From the NCBI RefSeq assembly GCF_009914755.1, contig NC_060929.1: a DNA stretch of 64,000 bases. One strand, 5' to 3'. A program made the position numbers and the translations under genes. Shown here in pieces: positions 16,380 to 29,824 of the stretch. The notes below the pieces were generated by a model. That model ran no database searches. It was given only the letters and a program-made list of their open reading frames with translations, and was not told where the DNA came from. Source of the stretch: the human T2T-CHM13v2.0 reference genome, Homo sapiens. Within the stretch, counting starts at the first letter, position 1. Each line of letters starts with the position of its first letter.

Positions 16380-17560
16380 AACCTTTAAGTATTTCTTGCC
16401 TTCCCATGGTTGAGCCCTCACATTTAAACCTAATTTGGCTATAGGTAAAATTCTAGCTCCAAAGAACATTTCTTCAGAATCTTTACAACTAATCCCTCAT
16501 CTTCTGGTTTCTAGTGCCTCTGTTGAGAAGATTTCCATCAATCTAATTATGTTTTGTTTGTGGGTGATCTTGTCTTTTTTTCTAGAAACTTTTAGAATTT
16601 CCCTTGGTCTTTGTTGTGTGTATATTACACTCCAATCTATCTAGACATGGGCTTTTTCATCTTTTCTGCTTGACACTGCATCATGTCTGTGTTAGGCATT
16701 CATTATTTTTCTTTAGTACTTTGAGACTCTTAGTCATGTTTTCTTCAAATATTCTTCTGATCATTTTTTTCTATTTTTCTGGGTCTGTAACTATTGCCAC
16801 AGCTACTCTCATACTCAAACGTGTATTAATGTTTTAAAATATTTTACATCTTACCTTTCCTAACTGCTTCCTACAATTGCTCTTCCATTTTCCAAATTCA
16901 TTCATATAGTAGTTCCAGCTTGTTTCTGTTTAGCTCATGTGTAGTGTACCTTATTGCAACTATTGTAATTGTTATTACCAGTATACCTTCTTTTTATTTG
17001 TTGCTTTTTGTTTGTTTCTTTGTTTGAGATGGGGTTTCACTCTGTCACCCAGACTGGGGTGCAGTGGTATGATCACAGCTCACTGCAGCCTCATCCTCCC
17101 CAGGCTCATGTTATCCTCCCACCTCAGCCTCCTGATTAGCTGGGACTATAGGTGCACACCACCATGCTCATCTAATTTTTTAATTTTTTTGTAGAGACAG
17201 GGTTTCACCACATTGCCCAGTCTGGTCTCAAACTACTGGGCTCAAGCATGCCACCCACCTCAGCCTCCCAAAGTGCTAGGATTGTAGGTGTGAGCAACCG
17301 TGCCTGGCCTATTACCAGTATACCTTCTTAAGGTATGGTCCTTAGTGACCATTCCCTTTTCAATTATCAGTAGCTCCATCAATATAGTTTTTTTGTGTCT
17401 TTTTCCCCTTTTTAAAAATTCTTGATTTACTTGCTCTATTCATGCTGGTTTTTCCAGTATAATAAATATTATATTTTGTGATTCCTCTTTTATTTGTTGC
17501 GCTTTTCTATATCTGGCTATTTCTTCTGTGTGAATATTTCCCCTGAGATTTCAACCACCT
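16380..17560 (-). mobile_element. Ancient L1M/HAL1-like ORF1-region remnant
   Basis: catcttctggtttctagtgcctctgttgagaag...gtgatcttgtctttttttctagaaacttttagaatt is typical of antisense old ORF1. Confidence 0.55.
16993..17309 (-). mobile_element. AluJ with perfect 20-bp TSD
   Basis: gatcacagctcactgcagcctc and gggctcaagc (J-type); TSD tattaccagtataccttctt at 16973-16992 and 17310-17329. Confidence 0.95.
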
Positions 17561-18259
17561 TGACTGTTCTTAGAAAAAATATGAGGTCCAAGAGGAAGCC
17601 CCAGCTTCAGATGTTTTGATGGCTTTGGAAGTGCGGCAGGCCCCAGGAAGATGTTCCCATAACATAAACTGGGTTTGAGATTCTATTTGTTCTCTCCTCA
17701 TTAAGTAACTCTGACCCTCAGAGAACTTCCATAGCTATGCCTGACACTGCTCTTTGTTGAACGAGTTTTTTCAGCTGTTTTTCGTTTCCAAGTTGCAGAA
17801 TAGGAGTAGAGTGAAAGAGGAAAGAAGAATCAGTAGCAGCTGGTCTTCACTCACCAGCTATATCCTTGGCAAAAGCTGCTGCATTGGCCATGCTACTTCG
17901 CTACTTTGAAATAATAACTGAGCAGTGAGTGATTCCCACAAGAAATATGGCAGAGAAACAAGCGCTCAAAAGCACCCCATCTTATTTCCCGCTGAGAATG
18001 GCCCTAGGCCTGCTTCCATTCCAGACTTCCATTGCCCTTCTATTGGGCTTTAACAACATTTATCTCTGTTCACTCCCTCAAGTATTTCTCACAGCTTTAC
18101 CTTAGTTCTTCAAATTAATGTAAGTTTTCCCTACTTCTGTGATATTTCTAGATTGGACTGGGGAAATTAACTTGGCAGCTGGTGATATATTCTCCTTATT
18201 AGTAACTGAAAGTAAGTTTTATGCATAAACGGACACACACACTCAGACACACACATTTA

Positions 18260-18640
18260 GAAATGGATATTGTGACATTACTGTGAAGTAGAAAAAACCA
18301 GAAGCAATTAAAATGTCTAACTGTAGGGTTGTAGTTAAGTTAGTTAGCTGAAATTCAGTCACTGGAATAAGATAAAGATTTTGCTATCCAAGTGTTAGTA
18401 CAAATAACTCAAAAAACATTACTAAAGTGGAAAAAATCAAAGTGCAGAACACTATGATAAATGTGGAAGATGAAAGATACATATATACTGATAAAGATAC
18501 TTTTTAAAATATATATATCCAGAAAAAAATGAACTGTGCTGACTCTATGGGGAAGGGACTCTGTAGAGTGTTTATGTATTACCATGTAATTTGAAAAGTT
18601 AAATGCACATACATATGATTTTTTAAACTTTAAAATTTAC
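18260..18640 (+). mobile_element. Ancient L1ME 3' remnant
   Basis: aaaaaccagaagcaattaaaatgtctaactgtaggg...aaagtggaaaaaatcaaagtgcagaac. Confidence 0.45.
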
Positions 18641-18671
18641 TTTGCTAATACCATATAAAGAGAAATGTTTT

Positions 18672-18757
18672 TGGCACATGTATGCATATGTAACAAACCT
18701 GCACATGGTGCACATGTACCCTAGAACTTAAAGTATAATTCAAAAATAAAAATAAAA
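18672..18757 (+). mobile_element. Extremely 5'-truncated L1PA (last ~70 nt plus A tail)
   Basis: ggcacatgtatgcatatgtaacaaacctgcacatggtgcacatgtaccctagaacttaaagtataat; TSD-like aaagagaaatgtttt / aaacagaaatatttt. Confidence 0.9.
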
Positions 18758-19977
18758 AAACAGAAATATTTTATAAATATTGTATATGTTCTCACACATA
18801 TGTGCACACATTCTTATTTAGAATTTTATATACCAGTGGAAGACATTGCATAGGATTGTATTAAAACTGTTATGCTAATAGGTAAAAATCATAGAAAGAA
18901 ATGTTAATCAGAAGGACAGTTTAAAAATATTATTTAAATGATTATGTTACAACAACGCATATTTATTTGATCAGAAGTTATTAAAGATTAGTGGAAGCTA
19001 ATACTTCATTTCATTTAATTATATGTTTAAATTTCATACTAAATAACTTATTCATCTTATGTAAAATCCATGTAGAGAAACATGCTAACGTAAATGAGCT
19101 TGTGAAAAGTGTCAAGTGATATTATTTAACACACACACACAAAAAGATTTGTTGAGATTAGAGAAACCGAGGCATCAGTTGTCAGTTCATCTATTTAGAA
19201 AAGGTAGACAGAAGGGAAGACAAAAGCCAATATTCAAATTATCTGCATGATTTGTTCTTTTTTTGACTACAAATTGTCAGTGTGAGAAGGATGTGAGAAG
19301 AGACAGTAAAATCAAAACGTCACTTTTGTTAGCAGATTAAAATCCCATTTTTAATGGTATGGGAGCTATAGGGAGCTGTAACAATGGAGCCACACTTACC
19401 TCCGTTGGCTTGTCAGTTTCCATTTTGAAGTATTGTTTTTAATGACCTATCTAGAGAGTTTGGTTTTAAAATACATGAATATATTTAGGTGTTTCATCTA
19501 TCAAAAACTCACTTGCTCTTTTATGATCAGACTGTATTGTGTAAGTGTGGTGGACCTTGACAGATAATGTCAGTTAATACTAAGGCTATGTCTACATGCA
19601 TAATAATACAACGTTACCAAAAAAAATGTTCTGACTTGAATCACAAGTCAAATCAATTAGTGCTATCTTGCTATATGCTGATTCAATCAGAACCTATACT
19701 TCCAGTTTTCACACTAATTTCACTGATGTGAAATGAGTGAATTTGAATGAAAGCAATAGTTATGGAAAGATTCTCAAAAATGTTTGCAAACACAAGTAGA
19801 CACAATAAAATTAAGTTAAAATTAAAATAACTCTAAAGTCAATTCATTTTCTTAGAGTGTATTTACAGGTGGAGGAACAGGAATAGATTTTTTCCTGGTA
19901 AGTTTCTCTCCTTCTTTCTCCTATCTCAGTTTTTAAGAGGTTAATTACTCTGGTAATTGCATTCAATTATTTACTTT

Positions 19978-20305
<328 letters not shown>

Positions 20306-20589
20306 TAGAATCTTGAGAAGTTTGAGTTTTGAAGAATGAACCCAACATAGAGCAATGCAGACTTCAGAGATGAGAAAACCTAGTCAATAACAGAGGAATG
20401 GAGTGGGGATAGGGAAACAGTAAAAATAAGAAAGACAGAGAGAGAGAAAGAAATAAAGATTTTGAGGTTCCCTGCAAAACATTTAAACAACTACCCTAGC
20501 CTTGTGTGAAGCCAGAAAAATTCCTGGGCTTTTAAATCTTTGAGCCATTAACATTGTTACCCAAGTATAATCACCTAAACCTGTATATT

Positions 20590-21353
<764 letters not shown>

Positions 21354-21774
21354 TGAAGCTCTGCTCCAAACGTGTAGATAACTGAAGTTGCTCCTCAACT
21401 GTGCTGAACTGTTGGGAGGTCGCCACCTGCCACTATACCTCGAGATACTCAATCAACTTTATTTCCCTTGTCACATCAAAGGGCGATAGTCTTCATAGCT
21501 ACATGTAGTTAGAATGGGGAATGGATCCCCTGAAAGGATGCCTAAGCACTCATTGGCATAGTGTTCAGTGAAACAGCTTTTTGAATCTGCTCACACAGTT
21601 CCTTCTTCTCTGGGGTATGTACACACTGCTAACTGCATTTAGTTAGTTTTGGTGTCATCCACCAGAATATACTGAGTACTTCCACTATTCTCTAATGCTT
21701 TTCGAAAAATTATCTCTACCATTTTCATACATACGACCTGCCATTGTAGCTTTGCAGGCCTTACCTTCCTCTCT

Positions 21775-21920
21775 TTCTCATGTTCCTCATCTGCAAAGCA
21801 GGGGTAGTCATATACTTACTACCTTGTGGATGAGGATGAACTGAGTTAATACATGTGAAGTACTTAGAACAATGGTATATAGTTAGAATTCAATAAATGT
21901 TAACTATTACTACTATTATT
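21775..21920 (+). mobile_element. MIR
   Basis: ttcctcatctgcaaag...tgagttaatacatgtgaagtacttagaaca...tcaataaatgttaactatt. Confidence 0.85.
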
Positions 21921-21989
21921 TTATTGGTGTTACTACTTTGGTTTGGTTTTTGTTATTGTTGTTAATTGTGAACCCTGGAGTTCAAGAGA

Positions 21990-22350
21990 TCTTAACCTGG
22001 GTTCTCTAGAACACAGGGCCTGAGGCCAACTCTGTGATAGTGATTTATTTGGGGGAAGGAAGTTCAATATCAAGAAATCAAGAATAAAGAAAAAGGAAAG
22101 TAAGGAAAGTAAAGAGAGGAAGAAAAGGTAGCAAATGAAAAGGGAGTGTGCTAAACAGCTGTACAAAGCTTCACAGCATAGGTGGTTTCTTCAGACATCT
22201 CTAGAAAGTCCTTACAAATTGCATCTTGAAACATTATTTTAAGAGAGGAAGACAGAACTTGTACCACTTGCCTCCCCTTAGTCAATGTTTGTTATTATAA
22301 ATAACAAATAACACCCTCCTGGGTTGTACCCCCAGCTCCTTTGGAAAATA
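21990..22350. mobile_element. Possible old ERVL LTR (LTR16/LTR33-like)
   Basis: gggttctctagaacacagggcctgagg...gtgatttatttgggg resembles the terminus of these LTRs. Confidence 0.35.
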
Positions 22351-22374
22351 ACAAGAAAGATGCTTAAATAGTAG

Positions 22375-22395
22375 CAGCAGCAGCAGCAGCAGCAG
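22375..22395. repeat. (CAG)7
   Basis: Direct read. Confidence 0.9.
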
Positions 22396-23269
22396 CACCC
22401 CAAAGTACAGGACACGAGGAAGCCAGTAAACCAGGGGCAGTCTTCCCTAGTTCACCTTCAGCCTTCAGCTGGGCAAGACCTGTAGGGCCAGTATGTAGGG
22501 ATGGGTGTTGAGTGAATTACAGGACATTTGAACTTCAGCAGCAGTGGGAATCCCTGAGATAGAAGGCAAGAGGTGCACCCCACAAGGTGGAGATAAGACA
22601 TAGTGTGTTGTGTCTTAAGCTAGAGTGACATGACAGAATTAATATATACCATGTTAACCGTGAACCCTATGTAATGGCCAAAGGACTAAAAGAGCCTCCC
22701 TTAATAAATAACAAAACTATTTGTGTATGACTACAAGAATGTAGTTGGGGCCAGGTGATCTTCCTGAAGGGACATCAGAAGCATCAAACAGCAAGAATGG
22801 CCAGACAAATCTGGAAAGTCAAAGAAATGGGTCCAGGAAAATCAGACAAGGAAACTGAATGCTAATTGTGGCTTCTGCCAAAAAAATTATTTGTACTTTA
22901 CAATGAAAGAAGAGAGACATTTTCTCTTCCAGAGCTCTCATTCATCTCTAAAGAGTAACTGTGGGGAAATCTACCTGGGTCAAATACCCACCTATGGGTA
23001 GTTCTACTTAAGGGAACAGGGCTTTGTTGCCAACCAGACTGATTTGTGTGCTCAAATTCAAGAACACAGAATCCTGGACTGGCAAAAACACGTAGAAAGG
23101 CAGTGCTCAAATGAAAGGGATGCAAGGTAAAACAACAATATCTATGGTTAATCTCTTCTCTCTCGCTGTCAGAATTTTGTTTATATTTCTTTATTTTCAA
23201 ACATCTGTATGTGTTTATTGAATTTATTTACTTTAGAATTATTTCTCAAAAGAAGTTGGTGGGTCCTTG

Positions 23270-23830
23270 TTACCTTAACAAGTCTTTCAGGAAATATTCT
23301 ATTATTATTTTTCTGATTATATTGTCTTTTAATCATATCCTAGAATAAATATAGTGGTGTTGTTAGACTTCTTATACCTGGCCTCAGTATTTTCTATATT
23401 TTTATATTTTCTTTATTCTTTATTTTCAATTTTCATTGGATTCTGGGAAAATTTTCTAGCTCCATCCTTCAGCTCAGTAATATTATCTTCAGCCACGTCC
23501 ATTCTATTTGGCGTATCTATTCAGATTTTAATTTTGGCAATCATTTTGAAACTATTTTTCTTATGTTACAAAGTTTATACCCTAATGTATGACTATGAGT
23601 GTACTAGGTATTTCTATTATCAGCCTTATTATTTGACCTCTTTTATTATCTCTGTTTCCTTGGGGATTATTTATCAAATAATAATGGAGATTTCATAATG
23701 ATGGAGATTTCAGTCATCCTGAGTTTAACTACTGTTTAATTATTGTTCTCATGTTATGGGTATTATATATTTCTTAATCATTATATTGGTGTCTTCTATT
23801 AGCTCTATCGTTTAGAGAATACTTCTATTC
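23270..23830 (-). mobile_element. Ancient L1M/HAL1 ORF1-region remnant
   Basis: ttctgggaaaattttctagctccatccttcagctcagtaatattatcttcagcc. Confidence 0.45.
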
Positions 23831-25499
23831 ATTCAGGCTAGCAAATATCTTTTGTTTAGAATGTTAAATGCTATTGAAAACATGTTAATGTTTACTGATT
23901 CTTGGTTATTTATTTCCTTTTCTAAGTAAGAATCTAGGTATATATATATAATGTACATAACATATATAATATTATACTATTATAAAGTGATTACTTTAGC
24001 TCACGGGAGAGTATTTCCTTAGCACAAGCTAAGCACAACCAATAAATGCTGATTCTGAATAAAGGTACTTAGATTTTAGGGTCTGTGCAGATGAGAAGAG
24101 TATATGAGTAGCTTGAGTTCTAATTGTGTGAGCTCTTTCTGCTTTCCTCTTTGTTTGTCTACAGCCTTTGAGTCTCCTTCAGCATATGCCCTGCTGCCTT
24201 TGTACAACTCTAGCTGAGTTTGGTCCTGGGGCAAATGCCATAGCAACTGCTATGAAAATGGATCCTAATGCGGCTGTCCCACTGCCCTTTAACTCAGTAT
24301 GACCTGTAACTGCATCATTGATCACTGTCTTATCCCCTATGCATCACTCCTTGGAATATTTTTGTGTTTGGTTTCCTGTGAAAATGTACTTATTTGAAAG
24401 TTTATCTGTTCCCTGTTTAAGATTGTAAATCCTTATTTTCTGTGATGTTTTACCACAAGTCAGGTCCCACTTGCATTGTATCTTCTAGAAACTCCAAAAT
24501 ATTTTGGTTTGCTTTTGACCTTTCTTTTGCCTTTCCAGAAATATGTAGTTTTCTTCCCATTTTCATATTTATCCTGTCATATAAGCAGGGTTTGGGGAGA
24601 GTAGGAATTCATAAGTAATTGTGTTCAATAGGCATCATGAGGTAATACATTCTGATTTAACTTTGAAATGCATCAGACTGTTCTTTTAATCAAGTACCCA
24701 ATAGTAAACATATATGAGGAATTTTTGTAACCTAAATAAAGATACATTTTTAATTTCTATATTTTCTGTTTATGTAATATTAATTTACAATTAAGTAAAC
24801 TGATAGAATATTTTAGCTTATCATTTCTCCTTTGTGCACAGTCATCCTCACCAGCAGAATCACAATCAATGGGTACAAATGGGTATCATTTCACCACAAA
24901 TGGTTGCCATTATGTTGTCAAAGCACAATTCGATAACTATTTATTTATATCTATACAAAAATGTAATTATAAATATTCCAGCTTTAACAACCTGGAATAA
25001 AAAAATAGATTGAATATCAATGATTTTTTTTTACAAAGTATCTTATAAATCCAGCAGATAGGAACAAATCAAATTTCTCTTTGGATCTGGACTTCAACAG
25101 TTAAATTTGTATGCTGCTTAAACTATCTTAAAGAATAACTGTGAAAATCTTTTTTAGAATACATTTAGGAGACAAAAGTTATAGCAAAATGGAAATACAT
25201 GAAAAACAATTTATTGCATTCATCTGAAAAACAAAAACTTGAAACCTTTGTGGAGGAACCGCATTGATTTTCTTTCAATGTTGTAGTAGAAGATTTGTGT
25301 TTTGAGAAGTTGACTTCTCACATGCTGTATTCCATTTATTCTGGGAACTATGTCACTAACATTGAGCAGAATAAAATGGATTGTATTTTCTGTAAGAACA
25401 ATTTTGTAATTTGATAATTTCAGTTTGAATTCCTGACTATGGACTCAAAATTAAAGAAGTCATAACAGTAAAAAAAGGTAATGCAAATTTCTATTAATC

Positions 25500-25812
25500 A
25501 AGGTATTAATATCATTAAAATGATAGAATTACAATACATGTAACAACTGAATAATCTCCAAAACATTTTGATAAGTGAATGAAGCCAGACATAAAAGGCA
25601 ACATACTGTGTGATCCTACTTGTGTGAGATTGTAAAAATGGAATAACTGTAGATGGAATTTTGGAGAGATAAAAATGTTCTACATTAAGATTCAGGGATA
25701 GCTCCCTGACTTTATACTTTCATCAAAATTCTTTCAATTGTACACTTAAATTTGGTAAATTTATGGTGTTTAAATTATGCTTCAACCAATATTAAAATTA
25801 AAATTTTTAAAA
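25500..25812 (+). mobile_element. L1MB/ME 3' end
   Basis: aagtgaatgaagccagacataaaaggcaacatactgtgtgatcc...caattgtacacttaaatttggtaaatttatggt. Confidence 0.75.
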
Positions 25813-26849
25813 ATTCCCATTGATGGCTTACAATCATTCAGACAATAAAGACCAAATCCTTTAGCTGCCTGGAGATGGATTTGCATTTGTGTCTCATGTC
25901 ATTCCTGAGACTCATCTTACTTAGTGCTCTCTTTTGTTGTTTGTGCTCCTGTAGTACCAGCCCTCTTCCTCGCCATCATTACAGGTAGAAATGTGGTTAC
26001 CTCTTCCTGAAAAATATGAAAGCAAAAGTCACTTCCACACGATTCTTCCCTAACCACCTATATTAGGTTAGATCTCCTTGTAAAAGACCCTCGAGACCCC
26101 TCTTTTCCCTCTGGAATGTGTTGCATAACTAACTTATATAAAGTTTGCTTTCGTTCTGACATTTCTGTGCACCTTCCTACAACATACATTTACAATGATA
26201 AGAGTAGAAGTTTTGGTAATGTAAAGCAAAGCTAATCAAAGCATAAATTTGTTAGCATGAAACCACCCAAGAAGAAGCTAATCTTGGCTGTGTGAAAGGT
26301 TTATCTTGAGGCTAAATTACTGAGGATTTCTCTCCTTTTCCTCCCATTTCCTACTCTGGGAGGCCCTATGTGGAAATAAATAAGTAACATAATTCACACA
26401 AGAAGCTGAGCAAAAAAAAAAAAAAAAGAAAAAAAAGCAGGTGGTGGGAGAGGTGGGAGTTAAGAAATAAGAAATGAATGTAGATACTGCCCAAGGAAGA
26501 TACTTTTTGTTCTGGCATCAATGGAGTGTTGGTTGTATTGGGGCATCCCCAGAGTCAAGAATGAAGGCCACCTGCCCGTTGAAGGAGCAGCAGGAATGTG
26601 GTATCACTGAATAGAGTCAAATATTTGAATCTCCATCCACTTATGATTGTGTATGGAATGGATATGAAACTCACATTCAAAGGAAATAACTGTGTGGACA
26701 TTGTGCAGGATTTCCTTTTTGTGTGTGTCAAGCAATGTGAATGTGATGAAATGTATTATTTCTCCCTTGAATGATAAAGAAGGTGGAGCAGAATCTACGG
26801 TTATTAAATAATTATTTGTAAAATGAATATGTTGTTGTTTATCTCCCTG

Positions 26850-26945
26850 AAGATACGGACTCAATCTTTATTGTTTGCTGTGGTGTATTGTACTCCATGC
26901 CTAGCACCTTTGTCCTGCCTACAGTAGACACTAATCAATGAATAG
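26850..26945 (+). mobile_element. L2 3' tail remnant
   Basis: gtactccatgcctagcacc...cagtagacactaatcaatgaat. Confidence 0.45.
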
Positions 26946-26980
26946 TAATTAAATTAACAAATTATATTTTAAAGGACTAG

Positions 26981-27224
<244 letters not shown>

Positions 27225-27984
27225 TAGAGGTCATTTTTAACACTTCTCGACCTGTGCTTCTCTATTCCATTGCTGGATTAGACTACAAAGGCTCAAACTT
27301 TTCTCTCTACTGAGTAATTAACAAAAGATGTGGTGAGTCAAAGCAAGTCTAGTTTTATTTCATCATGATTCAATTGTGTCTGTGATTGGGCAAGTCAAAA
27401 CCTGTCAGCTTTGAAGCTTATTTAAATATTCAGGAGCTATATTATTCTAATTAAACAAATTAAACAAATAGTACCTCTGAAAAATCAGGTGCAAATATAT
27501 AGTCTGAAAAGGACGTGAATTAACTGACTTGTGTTTTGAATTATGCCTTTATAGTATGCATATTTTGTTGCAATTAAAATGTATTTCTTAATTAGTATGT
27601 AAAACATTTATTTTCACCAGCAGGAACTGATGATATTTTGCAGAAACTATAAATTTTTTTAAATTGGAAATTTTGTACTATGGAAAATTGAAGAAATTAT
27701 TTTAGTTTTCAACATTAAGATTTTCTTTGCATAGCTCAAAAATGATGAAAATAAGCAAATTTGTAAGACACTATCTGATACTCTTGCCCTCTCCAAGAGT
27801 ACCATTAAAATGACAGTAAGTATGTTTTCTAAAAAGGCAAAACCAAACAAAACAAAAATATAAATTAATATAATCATGGCCAGAGAGAAGAGGAAGAGGG
27901 CCAAGACTCAAGCACAGGGGCAAGTGGTCCGTATATTATCAGAATAGCAAAAACTGAATCCTAAACTTGCAGTTGGATCCCTCA

Positions 27985-29820
27985 GTGAGGTCACATTCAG
28001 TTTTGTAAGAAATATACACACTCTATTCCAAAGTAGCTGTTCCATTTTTTATTCCCACCAGCAATAAATGAGAGTTCCTGTTGCTTCACAACCTTGCTAG
28101 CATTTGATGTTGTCAATGTTCTGGATTTGGGCCATTTCAAAAGGTGTGTAGCTCATTGTTGTTTTAATTTGTATTTCCCCAATGACATATGCTGTAGAGC
28201 ACCTTTTTAAATACTTATTTGGCATATGTATATATTTTTTGGTGAAATGTGTGTTCAGGTCTTTGGCCCATTTTTAAAAATCAGAGTTTTTTGTATTGTT
28301 GAGTTTTAAGAGTTCTTGGTATATTTTGGATAGCATTTCTTTATCAGATATAACTTCTACAAATGTCTTCTAGTCTATGGTTTGTCTTCTTATTTTCTCG
28401 ATATGTGTTTTGCAGAGCAGAAGTTTTTCATTTTTACGAGGTTCGGTTTATCAATTATTTCATGGATTGTGCCTTTAGGATTGTGCCTTTAGGATTGTAT
28501 GTAAAAGGTTATTTCCATGCACAAGGAAATCTATGTTACTTCCTCTGTTATCTTTTAGAAGTCTTATGGTTTTGCATTTTATATTTAGGTCTATGATCCA
28601 TTTGAATTAATTTTTGTGAAGGATGTAAGGGCCATGGCTGAATTCATTGTTTTATATCTGGCTGTCCAGTTCTTCCAGCACTGTTAGTTGAAAAGACCAT
28701 CCTTCCTCCACTGTATTGCCTTTGCTCCTTTGTCAAACATCAGTTGACTAATGTGTGCCTATTTTTGGTCTGTCTTTTCTGTTCCATTAATTTATTCGTC
28801 TGTTATCTTGCCAATATCATACTTTCTTGATTACTGTAGGTTAATAGTAAGTGTTGTTCTTCTCTTTTAATGTTGGCTATTCCATGTCTTTTGCATCTCT
28901 GTGTGAACATCATGATCAGTTTACTAATATTCACAATATGACTTCTGGGATTTTGATTAGAATTGGATTGAATCTACAGATTAAATTAGAGAGAACTAAA
29001 TTTTTGACAGCATTGAGTCTTTCTAACCATGAAGATGAAATATCTCTCCATTTATTTTGTTCTTGTTTGATTTACTTTATCAAAGCTTGGTAGCTTTCCT
29101 CATATAGACCTTGTACATATTTTGTTAAATATGTGTCTAAATATTTCATTTTATGTGGGATTCTAATGTAGATGATGCTATGTTTTAAATTTCAAATTTT
29201 ACTTGTTTATTACTGGTATACCAGAAAGTGATTGACTTTGTTTATTAATCTTATATCCTGCAACCTTGCTTTAATTTCTTATTAGTTCCAGGAGGTTTGT
29301 TTTGTAAATTTTTTGGATTTTCTAAAATAACGTCATCTGCAAACAAAAACACTTTTATTTTTTCCATCCCAGTCTGTATACCTTCTGTCTTCTTTTCCTA
29401 TCTTAGCGCATTAGCTAGGACTTCCAATTCAATGTTGAAAATAAGAGGTAAGGGGGGCATCTTTGCCTTCTTCCTGATCTTAGTGAGAAAGTTTCTAGAT
29501 TCTCAACATTAAATATGATATTACCTGTAGATTCAGTAGATATTCTTTATTTATTTGAGGAATATACTCTTTTTTCTTAGTTTGCCAAGAGACTTTGTCA
29601 TGAATGGGTGCTGGATTTTGTCAAATGCTTTTTCAGTGTATATTGATATTATCTTGTTAATTTTCTTCTTTAATCTGTTGATGTGATGAATTTTACTTGA
29701 TTTTCAAATGTTAAACCAGTCTCGCATACTTTTAATAAATCTCACTTGGTAATGATGTATGCTTATTTTTATGCATGTTGGATTTAACTTGCTAATATTT
29801 TGTTGAGGATTTTTCATTCA
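27985..29820 (-). mobile_element. L1MB/MC ORF2 remnant
   Basis: ttcccaccagcaataaatgagagttcctgttgct; gtcatctgcaaac; tttgtcaaatgctttttc; ttgctaatattttgttgaggatt. Confidence 0.88.
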
Positions 29821-29824
29821 TTCT

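Noticed and set aside
22375-22395. (CAG)7 as a polyglutamine exon
   Set aside because: Short, preceded by an in-frame TAG, no exon context.
24234-24247. Second X-box-like site aatgccatagcaac
   Set aside because: Only one good half-site, in probable old repeat sequence.
26604-26864. 86-aa minus-strand ORF in unique DNA
   Set aside because: Non-ATG start, no recognisable domain, length expected by chance.
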